Positions 51,432 to 64,000 of a stretch of DNA of 64,000 bases are shown here, in pieces (the first letter of the stretch is position 1; every line of letters starts with the position of its first letter). Source of the DNA: Octopus sinensis (Eukaryota). The stretch lies in NCBI RefSeq assembly GCF_006345805.1, contig NC_043000.1, forward strand, positions 42,408,001-42,472,000. The letters run 5' to 3'. The notes under the pieces were generated by a model. The model had not been told where the DNA came from and did not search any database. It saw only the letters and a program-made list of their open reading frames with translations. A program made the position numbers and the translations under genes.

Positions 51432-53075
51432 GTAAGTTCTCGGAATTATATGATCTGTAATCAAGTCAATTTTATTTCATCTGATATCTAACTGACAGAG
51501 ACTGAAAATGAACAATAATAAAACTGAATCATATGGAACTATTTTCATGGCATTCTTTGGCAAAGACAGAAAATGTAACGAGCTTTTCACGCCTTCTTAG
51601 ATTATCTAATATAAAAAAACGCCATTCTACAACGGAAACTTTTCATGATATATTTTGTATATGAGGGTTAACTTCGAAAAATTTGTTTACTTTTCTTTTT
51701 TCATCTTATGTTGTCATACTACCAAATCAGAAGTCAAGTGAACCTCTGAGTCCAAATCATACAGCTAGGTGAATTATATGTTTCTTAGAAAGACATGGTA
51801 AGTTTTAAAAGGTGAAGTTATTGAGAATCACACGAGACATATTTAGTGAATATATTTAAAAGTGTATGTTGTTATCTAAATATAGAGAAATCAAATGTGA
51901 ACTTATTTCTTCAAATATATTTCAATAGCGACTTTGAAAAGTAATTTTCTGCAGTAAATATTGCAATTCTCAAGCTGACCTCAACACCTTCAAATAGAAT
52001 TGGTTGGTTGGTAAATGTTCAAACTGGGGTCAGACAGCGAATTTGTGGAGTATGTGATTAAAATGTTCACTTCCAAGCAGCTTACTATTACTATTTTGAC
52101 TCTGTTCATAGCTTAAGGTTAAAACGAGGAAGAGTCAAAAGTCTATTATGATTAACGTTACAACAATTACTAACGATGTTGGCGATTATCATGATACACA
52201 GAATAATAATTATAGATTTGCTAAGAGAACAAAACAACAAATACTGAAAAACTATAAACACAAAACTTGATCGGTTTTGTTATCAATGTTATATGAGTCA
52301 ATATTAATCGGAAGTGAGTATCGATTATAATTGAATTATATAGAATGCTTCATTCCTTGACTAACGAACTTTTCAATACGTAACATTGCTAATGAGTTTT
52401 ACCCAATCAGAATTCCTTGCAATCACTAGAAAAACTAATAAAGAAAGTATCTAATCGGGTTTTATGGATTGGATTTTCATAACATGGACCAGTAAGACAT
52501 GATTAACTAAATCATGCTGCTAGGTATCGTGCAAATTAGATGCGAAAACCACGATCGTTTTCTCCGTCTCGCTTTATATCTGTATGTATATGTGTATATA
52601 TATGCATGTATATATATATACATACAACCACACACACACACACATATGTATATACATCCGCATTATAAATACATTTATATATGTGTATTTACATCCTCAT
52701 TATATATTTATATATAAATATATTCATATGCATGGATATAATAATTAAGTTACTACAATAAAGAACAAACAAAACAAATAAGATAATTTAAAATTGAATA
52801 TGTTTAGGAACAAAATTTACTAGTATCATCTGACGCATCACTAGTCTGCAATCTGGTTATTTGACCGAAGAAGTGTGAATGCAATCTGTAAGATGTTGAA
52901 CACTGAAAAGTGTGAATGTGTAAAAAGTAAAATTCGATTTAGATGTAAGCGGGGATCTGTCATAACTCTAATTAACTCTAACCCCTAATAGTAAGTACTG
53001 TTTGAACTTCTCATCTGTATACTCCGAAGATTATATGCGTATCTACACACACACACACATACACACACGCACACA

Positions 53076-53118
<43 letters not shown>

Positions 53119-53152
53119 ACACACACACACACGCACATGTATATATATATAT

Positions 53153-53233
53153 ATTCTTTTACTTGTTTCAGTCATTTGAGTGCGGCCATGCTGGAGCACC
53201 GCCTTTAGTCGAGCAAATCGACTTATTCTTTGT
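53153..53233 (-). mobile_element. SINE tail fragment
   Basis: ATTCTTTTACTTGTTTCAGTCATTTGAGTGCGGCCATGCTGGAGCACCGCC. Confidence 0.85.
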
Positions 53234-53244
53234 ATATATATATG

Positions 53245-53287
<43 letters not shown>

Positions 53288-53333
53288 CATACATATATAT
53301 ATATGTATATATGTGTATGTATATATATGTATA

Positions 53334-53392
<59 letters not shown>

Positions 53393-53417
53393 TCGTAAAT
53401 ACATATAGACACATGTG

Positions 53418-53478
<61 letters not shown>

Positions 53479-53625
53479 ATTCCTTTTATTTTCAGTTATA
53501 TAAAAAAAGCAATTTTATATTAATCTGACGGGTTACTCCATACATTTGTAGAATACAAATTTATTATTCTTATAAAAGAATGCTCTTGACAATCACTTCG
53601 AAGTCAATGTTAAGAACATATATAT

Positions 53626-53702
<77 letters not shown>

Positions 53703-55629
53703 GAGAAAGAAAGACAGAGAGAGAAAACCACGTATGATATATCATTACAATGTTGACAGGACACTGCACTGTTAACATGATTAAGTATTGCGATAAAAAG
53801 CTAGAAGTAGCAACAGTCAGTTATTTTGTTGTTTATTTTATTATTTCTCTTTAGCTTTTAGTTGTTTCATAAGAAAAAAAAAATTGTTAATGATAACATA
53901 TATTACGTCACTGCTACAGAAAGATACGTACTCATCACATGAAACATATAACAATGCCAACAGAAAAATATCAAAAAACAGAAGATATCTATACGTGAAT
54001 ACTTTCGTTGTTCCATAGATTGTCGTAGTACTCGTAATAACCAAAATTAATAAGTCAAATATCCAGTATATTTTTGCAGAAAATATTGATTTATAAGCTT
54101 TATACGTGTTCAAAGATTTGTAGAGATAAGGACATATATGATTAAACAAATTCTACTGCATTTCTGGTACGTTTAGGATCAACTCAAAAGAAGTACCATG
54201 CTGTCGTTATTCGAAGGAAGAATGTATAGAAACAGTATTGCAAAACTTGTAGTATCTGATACTCTATCCCACTTTTTGTTCTACTCCACCATTCTAATCG
54301 CACTAAAAATCCCGATAATTTATAACTTCGGTTACAACCTCCCCAAAATGTACGAAATCTGTATATGAACCTGGCATTAATTAGAAGTTTTGGAGGGAAA
54401 GAAAGATGTAAAAATACTGGAACTAAAATATAGTAATGCTTGTATATCACTTTAGTTTAATTTTTATGATGATAGCTAAATATCTGTGAATTTTTACTTT
54501 CTGTTTTGTCTGTTTCCGCATATATTTTTATAAATTTCTCAAAAGCGGACAAGCAAAGGCCGTCAACTTTGCTGGGTTTTCTAGAGAAGAGGAATGAGAG
54601 AGGAGGGAGAAAAAAAAGACAGAAAGAAAGAAGTGAAGAAATGAAGAAAAAGAGAGAGAAGGAGATAGAGCGAGAGAGAAAGAAAGAAAGAAGGGACGAA
54701 AGAGCGTACAACTTATGAATTTTTGCAGTACGAAACATCACATTAAAATATCAAGTTATTCTCACATTGAGGAACATATTGAAATGATTGCAACAGATCG
54801 AAGACCACTAAGATTGAGAAGGTAGTTTAAAAAGTGACGACAGCGAGGATGCTTCAAACATTTTGCTTCCACAATCTTGACCAAGTGTATTCTGGATTTG
54901 GCTGTATGCCTTCAGCCTGGAAATCTATCTGATTAATGATTTTAGTTTATTTTGATGTTGTCCATAGAAGCATTGCTGTCTAGCCAACTTTTCGAAAATT
55001 AATTAATAACAATTTATTCGGCTGTTCTACCGATTCTGCCACACCATGACATTAAATTTCATACAAGATACTGGAATTCGTATGAGACTCGAAGTATTGG
55101 ACGAAAATCTGTAAGAATGGTTAATTACGAGTCATTTGGTTCTGAAATCTGGATACAGGTAAGAAATAGCACATTTTCATCTGGGATACAGGTAAAAAAA
55201 AGCACATGTTTATCTGGTTAATTGTTAGACTTCTATTTGTTGATTCTGAAATCTGAAATATTATGTTGCACCAGTTTGGCATACGGCTTTCGTTTGGCCC
55301 AACCGGCCTATGTAAAAAAAGTTCTAACCTTGATTATTTTCAGACAGTTTGGTTACTAACTCTTGCTTGTAGTGCGACTGCGTAGAAGCTTATAGCATCT
55401 TAAGAGACGTCAATGGAAAATCGTTACAGCCTTAGAGAAAATAACATTTTCCTGTCACTTTATGTTGTGCGTTCAAACCTGACCGAAGTCAATATTTTCT
55501 TTCATAATATTTCGATTAATAAAAAAGGGTACCAACTGTAGCTTCTAGTCTCTCAAACAACCTTGTTCAGGGTGCATTCACCCACTTAAGGTGTATATTC
55601 GCGGTTTCCTGGAAGTAAAGGATGTCTAT

Positions 55630-55867
55630 GATATCAAGTATTTTGGTGGTTGGGTGAACAGTTTGGAAGCAGACTTCAAGATGAAGAATGTGTGGAACTC
55701 CAAATTTCCCATGCAAATCAAAATCATTGCAACGGTCGAATCGGTGCTATTATATGGCTGTTAAACCTGAACACTGAGAAAGAAGTTATCAAATGGGCTA
55801 AATAGATGCTATACAAGGATGCTACGAATGGCCCTAAATGTGAAATGGCAGCAACATATAACAAATG
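55630..55867 (+). mobile_element. RTE-clade RT C-terminal fragment
   Basis: DIKYFGGWVNSLEADF...NVWNSK...ATVESVLLYGC*T*TL...CYTRMLRMALNVKWQQHITN. Confidence 0.85.
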
Positions 55868-56877
55868 TCATGGATCGACTAAGTTACTTTTCCTCCTCTT
55901 GTAGTCTCTAAGTACAGTTTTGTCTATCAGGAGTTGATCCTTGGTACCTCTGCACTTACGCTTGCAACCCTTCTGCTCCTGTGGCAGGACTCTATCTTTT
56001 CCAGATGTTCGTACATTGACTCTGCGAGTATTCCAGTCAAAGATTTCCACATAGGTAGCAAACAGGATATCGGCCTGTAATTGTCTACCGTATTGCCTTT
56101 TTCGATGTTTTTCAAGCACAGTACCCAATGTCAACCATTCTAGTGTTTCTTGGTCGGCATTTAACAAGGTGATCAAATTATTAGTTTCTGTGATTTTGTT
56201 TGTTCTGATGTATTTCAGAATTTCATTGATATTTTTCGATTCTTGGTTCAATTCCCACCGATCAACCTTTTTAAGAGTGCAAATAAAGTCGCTATCGTTC
56301 TCCTGTAGTCTTGCCTTTATTCTGTCGCAGATTGCCTTTTGTTCATCTGTCATGTCGCCATTAGTTTTATTGTTTTCTTTCAGATCATCTATATGTCACT
56401 CATCATGTAAACTACCACTGCTCCTTTCCTGTGCTATGAGATTACTTTTATTATTAAGAACTGTATTTTCATCGTTATCTCTGCTGCTATCTTCCAAGAC
56501 CCGTCTTTTGATGGCTTCGAGCTCTACTTCTGTGAACCAACGATTTTTTTCTTATTGCTCTAGCTTGTTCACATAGTCTCTGTTTCGTGAGTTGAAACAA
56601 TCCCTTTTCCCTCCAATGATCATACATACTTTGTCGGTAACTCATAATTTGAGCACCATTTTCATCTACAGGTTTGCTCAGGTAGTAACACTCCATGACC
56701 ACAGCATTAATTTGCTTGCTCCATCTACGCCGTGTGTGGTAGTCACTTTCTGGATATCAATAGGTTGGAGTCGGGCCAGAATCTCTGCGCCTGCTGGGTG
56801 CAACACTGTCACCATCAATGGCTTCGGTTTCATTAACACCGTTATTCACAATATTTTGTTTTTTCATTGTCACTCAT
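55868..56877 (-). mobile_element. R4/Dong LINE N-terminal to RT-start fragment with internal deletion
   Basis: RRRWSKQINAVVMECYYLS...QRLCEQARAIRK; LKKVDR...ITETNNLI; [19 protein letters not shown]; [23 protein letters not shown]. Confidence 0.88.
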
Positions 56878-57195
56878 ATGAGGTATGAGTTGTTTGTTTA
56901 TAAACTTGTTTATAAAACTGTTGTGTGTCCGTGCGTTTATAGTATATATCTGTAGTAATGGTGATGTACTTTTCAATTATCATTATATTTAGGATTGTTA
57001 ATATGGTACAACTAATATCCTTTGTAAATTGGAGAGATGGGTGTAGGTTGTTCAGAAAGATATTGAAGACTTCCAGAGTATTTAATGATTCTGTCCAGAT
57101 TATGAAGCAATAGACAAGGTACCTCTTCCGTGCCTTTTCAATATATATTCTAAATTTAGTGCTATAGGTTTCCCCTACTTCTTGGTAGAGTTGTT

Positions 57196-57233
<38 letters not shown>

Positions 57234-57353
57234 TAAATATATATCCATACATACATGCATACATACATATATATATATATACACATACAGCTATGTATAT
57301 ATATATACTCTGCTATGTATTGAGTACCTTATTTACTGTGGTTAACCCCGACT

Positions 57354-57387
<34 letters not shown>

Positions 57388-57891
57388 TACAGATACATAC
57401 ATTACATATATATGTATATATAAATTTACCGAAATGCATTGCGAATAAGCCCGCCATTTTCATAGATATGTAAAGATAGACATTCGTACATGCTACGACG
57501 AATTCTACGGTTGGCTGTCGGGTTTGTAATGTTATGTTTTTTCTTATATGTCTTGAGTTTGTTGCACTGGTGAGCATAGAATGCATATTCTGCCTTAATT
57601 GCGAAATCACAGGTGATATGTAACTAAATTCTTTTTTTAAAAGACTTGCTTTGAAGTTTTGCATTCGGTACAATTTGTTTATTTTAGTAGTTTTGACCGC
57701 AAGGGTCCCTCCTAGCGTGCGGTATCTATGAATAGTAGTACCCTCTATATAATATAATTATATATATGTATATATATATATGTGTATATACATATATATG
57801 TAAATTCATATATATACATATATAAACGTATATATGCATATAATATATATACATATATACATATATATATATACTTACATGCATATATATG

Positions 57892-57952
<61 letters not shown>

Positions 57953-59009
57953 TATTTTCCATATACTCACACATACAGTTGTCACCCAAACGTGGATGCG
58001 ACATGTAATTCTTAGCCAGGCACTCATAATTGCGCATACTTACATACATATATCCAGATATTGACATATGCATATACTCTCACATATATTCACACTGGTT
58101 GATAATACACCATGCATGAAAAACTGGAACATGTGCATGCACGTTCACATGTGTGTGTGCGAATGTGTGTTGTGTGTGTGTACGGCGTGCGCGTAAATAT
58201 CAATGTAGCACTGTAAATGGAGCGCGATATGTAACCATTATTAAGAACTCCATGTTCTCCAAACTATTTTGAAAGAATTCTATAGAATCTCGCAAGAATA
58301 TAAATTTTGTACACACACACAACACACACACATATATACACATACACGCACACACTCACACACGGAAACAGGCACACATATCTATTTATGTATATTATAC
58401 GCACATATAGACATCAAGCTTTATAATATATAAGTAGCATACTGTTGCTTGGGAAGAATTTATTCGTAAATCAATAGGTACGCATCAAAACTGATCATTG
58501 ACAACTTTATTTAGCTTTTGTGATAATGTTCGTTTGAGCTACATCAGAAAAGAAGTTAATTACATTACAGAACGAATCAATAGACAGGAGATAATATCCG
58601 TACAAACACCGAAAAATTCTTACTTATTTTCTTTCTCATCCGAAAACAGATACATTTTAATTGAGTGTATGAATTTCTTTATTAATTAAAAATAAAAAGA
58701 AAAAAAATCCTCTGTCAGTTACACTACTTAGCATCGATCTTATAATGTGTATGTGCATGCGCGTATATATATATATATATAAACATATATATACATGTAT
58801 ATGTATATAAACACTCGCATATATATTTATAAATGTATATATGTATCTGTATATATGTGAATATACATATGTGTATGTGTGTCTACTGTATATATACATA
58901 TTGCTTGCATTTAAGAATAGATATATATGTTTTAATACAGATTCATAATCTCTCTCACTGTATATATTGATATTTATATATTCAATGCATACATATACAC
59001 GCAATACAA

Positions 59010-59043
<34 letters not shown>

Positions 59044-60147
59044 AAGTTTGCGGAGTAAGTTCTATGACTAAAAATTTTCAAACCTCTGCCTCATCATGGC
59101 TGCCTCTAATGACTGAAACTATGCGACTTTCTTCCTTTTATGTTCTTTTTGCAATGGATTTGACCGAAATAGAAGTATTTTGTGGTATCGAATGCCTTTT
59201 GTGCATTTATTTTGATTTCCTCCTTTGTGTTCAGTTCCAGCAACATATCAAATGGTTTACAACTACCATCTGAAAACTTGTATTCTTTTAGTAGTTTCCA
59301 AGCATTAGTGTCAGGTTTCTGATTTGGGGGTAACTTCACTCCTAACGAAAAGATCATAAGTATAACCACATAATATATATATTTTTGCAAACACGTCTAT
59401 ATATAATCTTACGAAATATATGTCAATATGCGTGCGTATAAATCATTTAAATTAATGTTATATGTATCTACCTTTATATAATACTTCATGTCAGGTCGCT
59501 CTGAGTGCTACTGGTAATATGTAACCCAGTACAACCTGTCGCATGTTCGGGTCGTCGGCGACTAAAGTGGCATCCCCATCAAGCTTGCTTGGTGAGGAGG
59601 GTAACTGATGGACACCTAGCGGGAAGAGAAATAAGACCTGTCAAAGGGCGGAAGAACTACTGTGTAGTCAACGGCCATTCAATAAATACCATGTCGCGGT
59701 GAAGCGCGTGTATGCTCCATTGACCCGGAGAGTTATGCTGGAGGGAGAGAAATCTTAAGGCAGGTTTTACCAGGCCAGACAGTTTGAAGAGTAGGAGACA
59801 CACAAAACCTTAACGGCAATAAATCGAAGCGCCGGCAGCAGAGCGTGGATTTAGTTATCGGCAGGATTTAACAGATCAAATTACTGGCTTTGAACTAGCA
59901 GCATGTCATGCAGAGGATCTTGAAGACATGGATGAAACCCTAATATTTCTAGTTAGATGGAAACTGCGAAACCACATGGAGCAGCACCTCTGTGACTCCT
60001 ATAGTATGTGCAACCGAAACCCCTAATGGGGCGTCCTATGGGACGACCTAGATGAAATGAGATTATATAATATTTATATGTATATGTATGTGTATACAAC
60101 GACTGATGAACATACAAACGACTGATGAATGTAGATGCAGAGAGAAA

Positions 60148-60779
60148 GCGACGGTGAGACATGTTCTGACAATAGCACTAGACAGATATACATGGTGTCA
60201 CAATCAATCCTCGGTATCATAAGCGCATCACTCAAGGAGAATATCGAGGGATATGATAGGGGAGAGTACCCAAAAGTGGAAAAGCACCGAAGGATATACT
60301 CTCAGAAGGAGGGAAAAAGACATAAGACCAGACTTTCAGAAAAAGTATACGTGACAGAAAAAAAGATGGAAGGGATACTGGGAGATGGTCGAGGATTTGG
60401 AAAGACTATTAATATTCCCATTCATAAAAACATCAAAATGAGCGGACTTAATCCTATGGCACAACAAATGAAGATTGGAATTTTGTTAGAGCTGACAGTC
60501 CCATGGGAAGAGTACACCACTAATGTAGAGAAATGGAAGGAGAAGAGGTATGATAGATTAATCGAAGGGCACGGGGAACAGGAGTGGATTGTGGAGTATT
60601 AACACCTGGCAGTAGGGGATGGAGGAGGTTTCATCGAAAGGAAAATGGTGACGTTATTTAAAATAAGGTTTGCATTTTCGAGCTCAGAGCTGTTAAAAGT
60701 AAAAGGAAGATACAGGAAGCAGTCGACAATGCCAGTTTCTATGGCTGAAACGAGAACAGAAATGGCTCGAAAGCCATAA
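60148..60779 (+). mobile_element. HERO/NeSL-like LINE RLE-domain fragment
   Basis: TVRHVLT...RYTWCHNQ (frameshift) ILGII; LLELTVPWEE...WKEKRYDRLI...W...LAVG-GGF; ASF-WLKR. Confidence 0.8.
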
Positions 60780-62109
60780 CATACCGAGTGGGAAACAACG
60801 TCGCTAGGTGAGGCTGGCTGGCTCTTAAGCAGCGTTGCTCTTAAGCAGGTGGGCTACAGGAGCGCTCTCGTTCATTGCGTGTCCTCCTCCGCGATAGTTC
60901 GAAAGCTTCAACCACCAGACAGCTAGTCGGTTCTAGCTGGTGGAACTGAAGCTAACACGACGCTGTTGGAATGTAGGTTTAGAGAGGGCGCGATCCAAAA
61001 CTACGTGTCCTTCCCCTCTATTGGTCAATTGACGCTTAGATAGTTTCACTTGACAGTTAGCTGGTATAGGCTGCTGGAGCCTATTGGCGCTGACATTCGC
61101 TGTCGCTGCATCGAAGAAAGAACAAAAAGTCAAAGAAAAAAAGGAGAAAGAGAAAAACACACTCATCACCAGAGTTGAAGATACCTCCAAAAGGTAGGGA
61201 CCCGCCACGTCGAAAACGGTAGGGGCCGAAACCGGACGTGGTTCCTCCTGATGATGTCTTTAGCCACTGGATCTTATAAAGAAGCTGTTGAGGTAGCAAA
61301 CCACGAAACGTAGTTGGAATTCTTCCTACCTTTATATAATACTTACATGTATATGTATGTGTATACACACAAACACACACACACGGATATACACACATAC
61401 ACATATACACACACGCAGACATACATATATATGATGAAATAGATCCCACAGAAACTGGTACTAGTCTGCATCACCAATACTTGTATTATGTAATAGAATT
61501 CACAAAAAAAGACAGTAAATTTGTCATGGGGAGTGGGAAATCCAGCGTTTCACACTTTGCTACTTTTCAAGGAAAAGTTAAGAGGAGAGAAATAAATGAG
61601 AAACAGCAAGTGTTTCCCATCTTGTACGTTGACAAAAAAAAACAAACTGGGTGCAGCTAATAAGGAATGTAGAATCACGTGAGCTTCATAGGTGAACAAG
61701 AATTCGTAGGAGAAACCGTGTGAGAATTAAGAAGGAAAGAATAATGAATTGAGAATAAGCAAGAAAAGTCGAGGCTAATAATGTGAAGGGAAAAGATGAG
61801 GTGAGAGTGAAGTTGATGTTTAAGAAAGAGTTTAATTAAGTGAATGTGTAGGGGCAGACAGAGGAGCAGTCATTTAAACCTGACGTTGACATGGTGCCAA
61901 GATTCTTATGTTGGCTTGAAAACGAAGATCCCTGGTGTGCGGAGATGTCGCACACTGATAAGTGAGTGATGGAATGGCCTGTCGTGTGGAAGTAGGTGGC
62001 AACAGTTGGCATAGCTCCCAAAAGCGATCTACAAGACATCGGTCTCTTTCCACAATGTGAAGGGCGCCGCAAAGTTTGCATATTACTCAATATATTAAGT
62101 TAGACAATA

Positions 62110-62297
62110 TATGCATCCTTCGGCTATCGCAGGTGTTACGTTCCAAAACCCCCGCTATAGGTGAAAATCTGCGAAGTAGAAACAGTACTGAACTGTATAT
62201 TTTATTTATTATTTTCATAATTTGCATATATTTATTTTATTATAAATGCAAAACATCAAGGAGGAAGGGACGTAAACGATGTGGCGAGGGACTACTG
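62110..62297. mobile_element. pogo/Tigger-like MITE
   Basis: Right end GCGAGGGACTACTG|TA (reverse complement CAGTAGTCCCTCGC). Left end is degenerate (ATCCTTCGGCTATCGC). Confidence 0.5.
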
Positions 62298-62403
62298 TAT
62301 ATATATAAGACTGCCATATTAGTATGGCGATAACTATTAATTTCCAGTAACGCTGCCGTAATCTCCTTTAGAGAGACTTAGTAATTTTAATATTTCTATT
62401 ATA

Positions 62404-62483
<80 letters not shown>

Positions 62484-63441
62484 GTGTGTTTGTGCATGTG
62501 TGTACAAACATATAGTTTCTTTGAACCATGTTACGAAGGGGAAAATGGAGAGGGAGATATACTGAATAAAGCCATAATTAAGCGATCCTCTTGTATTTTC
62601 TTTTACCCAAAGCCTGAAACTTTTCAGCACACCCTCTTACATGTTTATATCTCACGAAGTTTGTCTTATTTGCCCTCCTACTTTGTCGATGAATTGAAAT
62701 GGGAACTAATCAATCAATTACTACGACTATTAACAAAACGTGTTACCTTGTATGTCTGTTAATAATTGTTCTTATTAAGCTTCGTAATCGAAAATGTTCC
62801 ACTTCTCTAATGACGTTTATTGTGATTTAATCCATTTGTGTCCTTAGCTTACATCCTGCTAAAGTTTAATTTGCTGTTAATTCTCAATCATTGAAATAAA
62901 TACCTATTATATACCAGCAGGGAAAATTCAGTATAATATATTTCTATGTGAGATTTTTCTGAACCTGTACCATACTAAGTAATCAATATCTATAGAATTT
63001 GATAAGTGAAATTTTTGCTATCCTTGACAGATGTGATAATCAATATCTTTGATTTTTTTTCCTCCACATCTATATTTAGGTTTTATAAGGATTGAAATAA
63101 GTGTTTCCATAATTGTTACTTGTAATTTGTACTGATTGAAACTTCTATGAACAATAGCAATTATTCTAGCAGTGCATACCCTTCTTTAAATATATATAGA
63201 TATATAAACAACTTATAAATAAGGGCAAACGAAAACATGTCTAATGCCAAACATGCCGAAATTAAACACATTGTCCATAACCATATAATTTATCACAAAT
63301 AAGCACGCTACTCGAAAAAGGTCGACAGAAATTTCTTTAAAATTCCGTTATTACCATATCGGACCGATTTCAGGGTTAGTTCATAAGAACCCTCCCTTCG
63401 TCAGTGATAATCGCGGGAAAAGAAATAAATGAAATACTTAC

Positions 63442-63585
63442 TTATACCCATGGAAGAAGCAAACACTAAGTCATGAGCACAATTAAGTACCCCAAATATA
63501 TCCAAAACAGAAATTCTCCAGCCCATTCGAGACACGTGCGATTCGAAGTGAAACTCTCACAGAGTGAGAGAGTCCGGAAGTGAAC
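63442..63585 (-). promoter_or_regulatory. Possible promoter/first exon: ETS core and strong donor
   Basis: CCGGAAGT at ~63576-63583; minus-strand ATG GGT ATA A|GTAAGT with the exon ending at 63442. Confidence 0.25.
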
Positions 63586-63916
63586 TCTCCAAGTAACTTA
63601 ACTATTAATATTCTCACTCGATCTATCTATGAATAGGAAGCACATACTTGTTTATCATGAAACACGGCGTGTTATTTGATTAGTTGTGGGCCATATGGAG
63701 CGATCAAGAACAACACTCAGTATTATAAAGTTCCAACATCAGGTTTGGTGCCTTGTTCACGAATCAGTTAACAAGATGTTACAAGTGACACCGGACTTAT
63801 TGTTTATTTATAGAGTTACAGATAGTTGTATTGGGCCTATTGAGAGTTGTCATTAGATACTGCATAGAACTGGCAACTGGAAGCAGAAATATTGACTCCT
63901 TGGACAGGACAGTTGT

Positions 63917-63939
63917 CCCTAACCCTAACCCTAACCCTA
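63917..63939. repeat. (CCCTAA)3 CCCTA telomere-type hexamers inside a repeat
   Basis: Direct reading. Confidence 0.85.
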
Positions 63940-64000
63940 CTTGCTCGGTTATTTTCAGTTCTAAAAATATGTAATGCTTTTCTGAGACAGGAACCATCTA

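Noticed and set aside
53841-54450. Hydrophobic ORFs resembling membrane proteins (FDLLILVIT…; plus-strand SDTLSHFLFYSTILIALK…)
   Set aside because: AT-rich DNA yields F/I/L/Y-rich frames by composition. Frames are discontinuous, with no family motif and no good donor.
55068-55158. Plus-strand exon candidate ending CAG|GTAAGA
   Set aside because: Weak acceptor, and the donor is part of a short local repeat (GGATACAGGTAA twice).
59560-59760. Twister-ribozyme-like words (TAA, AAGC, GAGGG)
   Set aside because: P1, P2 and P4 pairings could not be built consistently.

Overview
Animal genomic DNA: AT-rich, very microsatellite-dense and dominated by transposon relics. The tRNA-derived SINEs look like the octopus OK/OR-type families (recalled, not searched), so an octopod genome is inferred. 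I recognise no host protein-coding gene, and nearly all listed ORFs are microsatellite translations. Recognisable elements are mostly degenerate fragments: RLE-type LINEs (R4/Dong x5, CRE, HERO/NeSL-like), APE-type LINEs (L1/Tx1, RTE, CR1/L2-like), Penelope relics, a deleted mariner, a pogo-like MITE, Helitrons, a Helentron derivative, a foldback MITE and about 15 SINE copies. Best leads: (1) an HDV-like ribozyme fold at an RTE-type 5' end (25081-25223); (2) a Dong-LINE/SINE pile-up in (TAA)n tracts (16.7-21.4 kb); (3) a perfect 32-bp hairpin (847-924); (4) a duplicated 46-nt exon-like cassette plus other minus-strand exon candidates, which may belong to an unrecognised long-intron gene; (5) an inverted SINE pair that could form an ADAR substrate. 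A 1.6-kb tandem duplication (31.5-34.7 kb) may be an assembly artefact.
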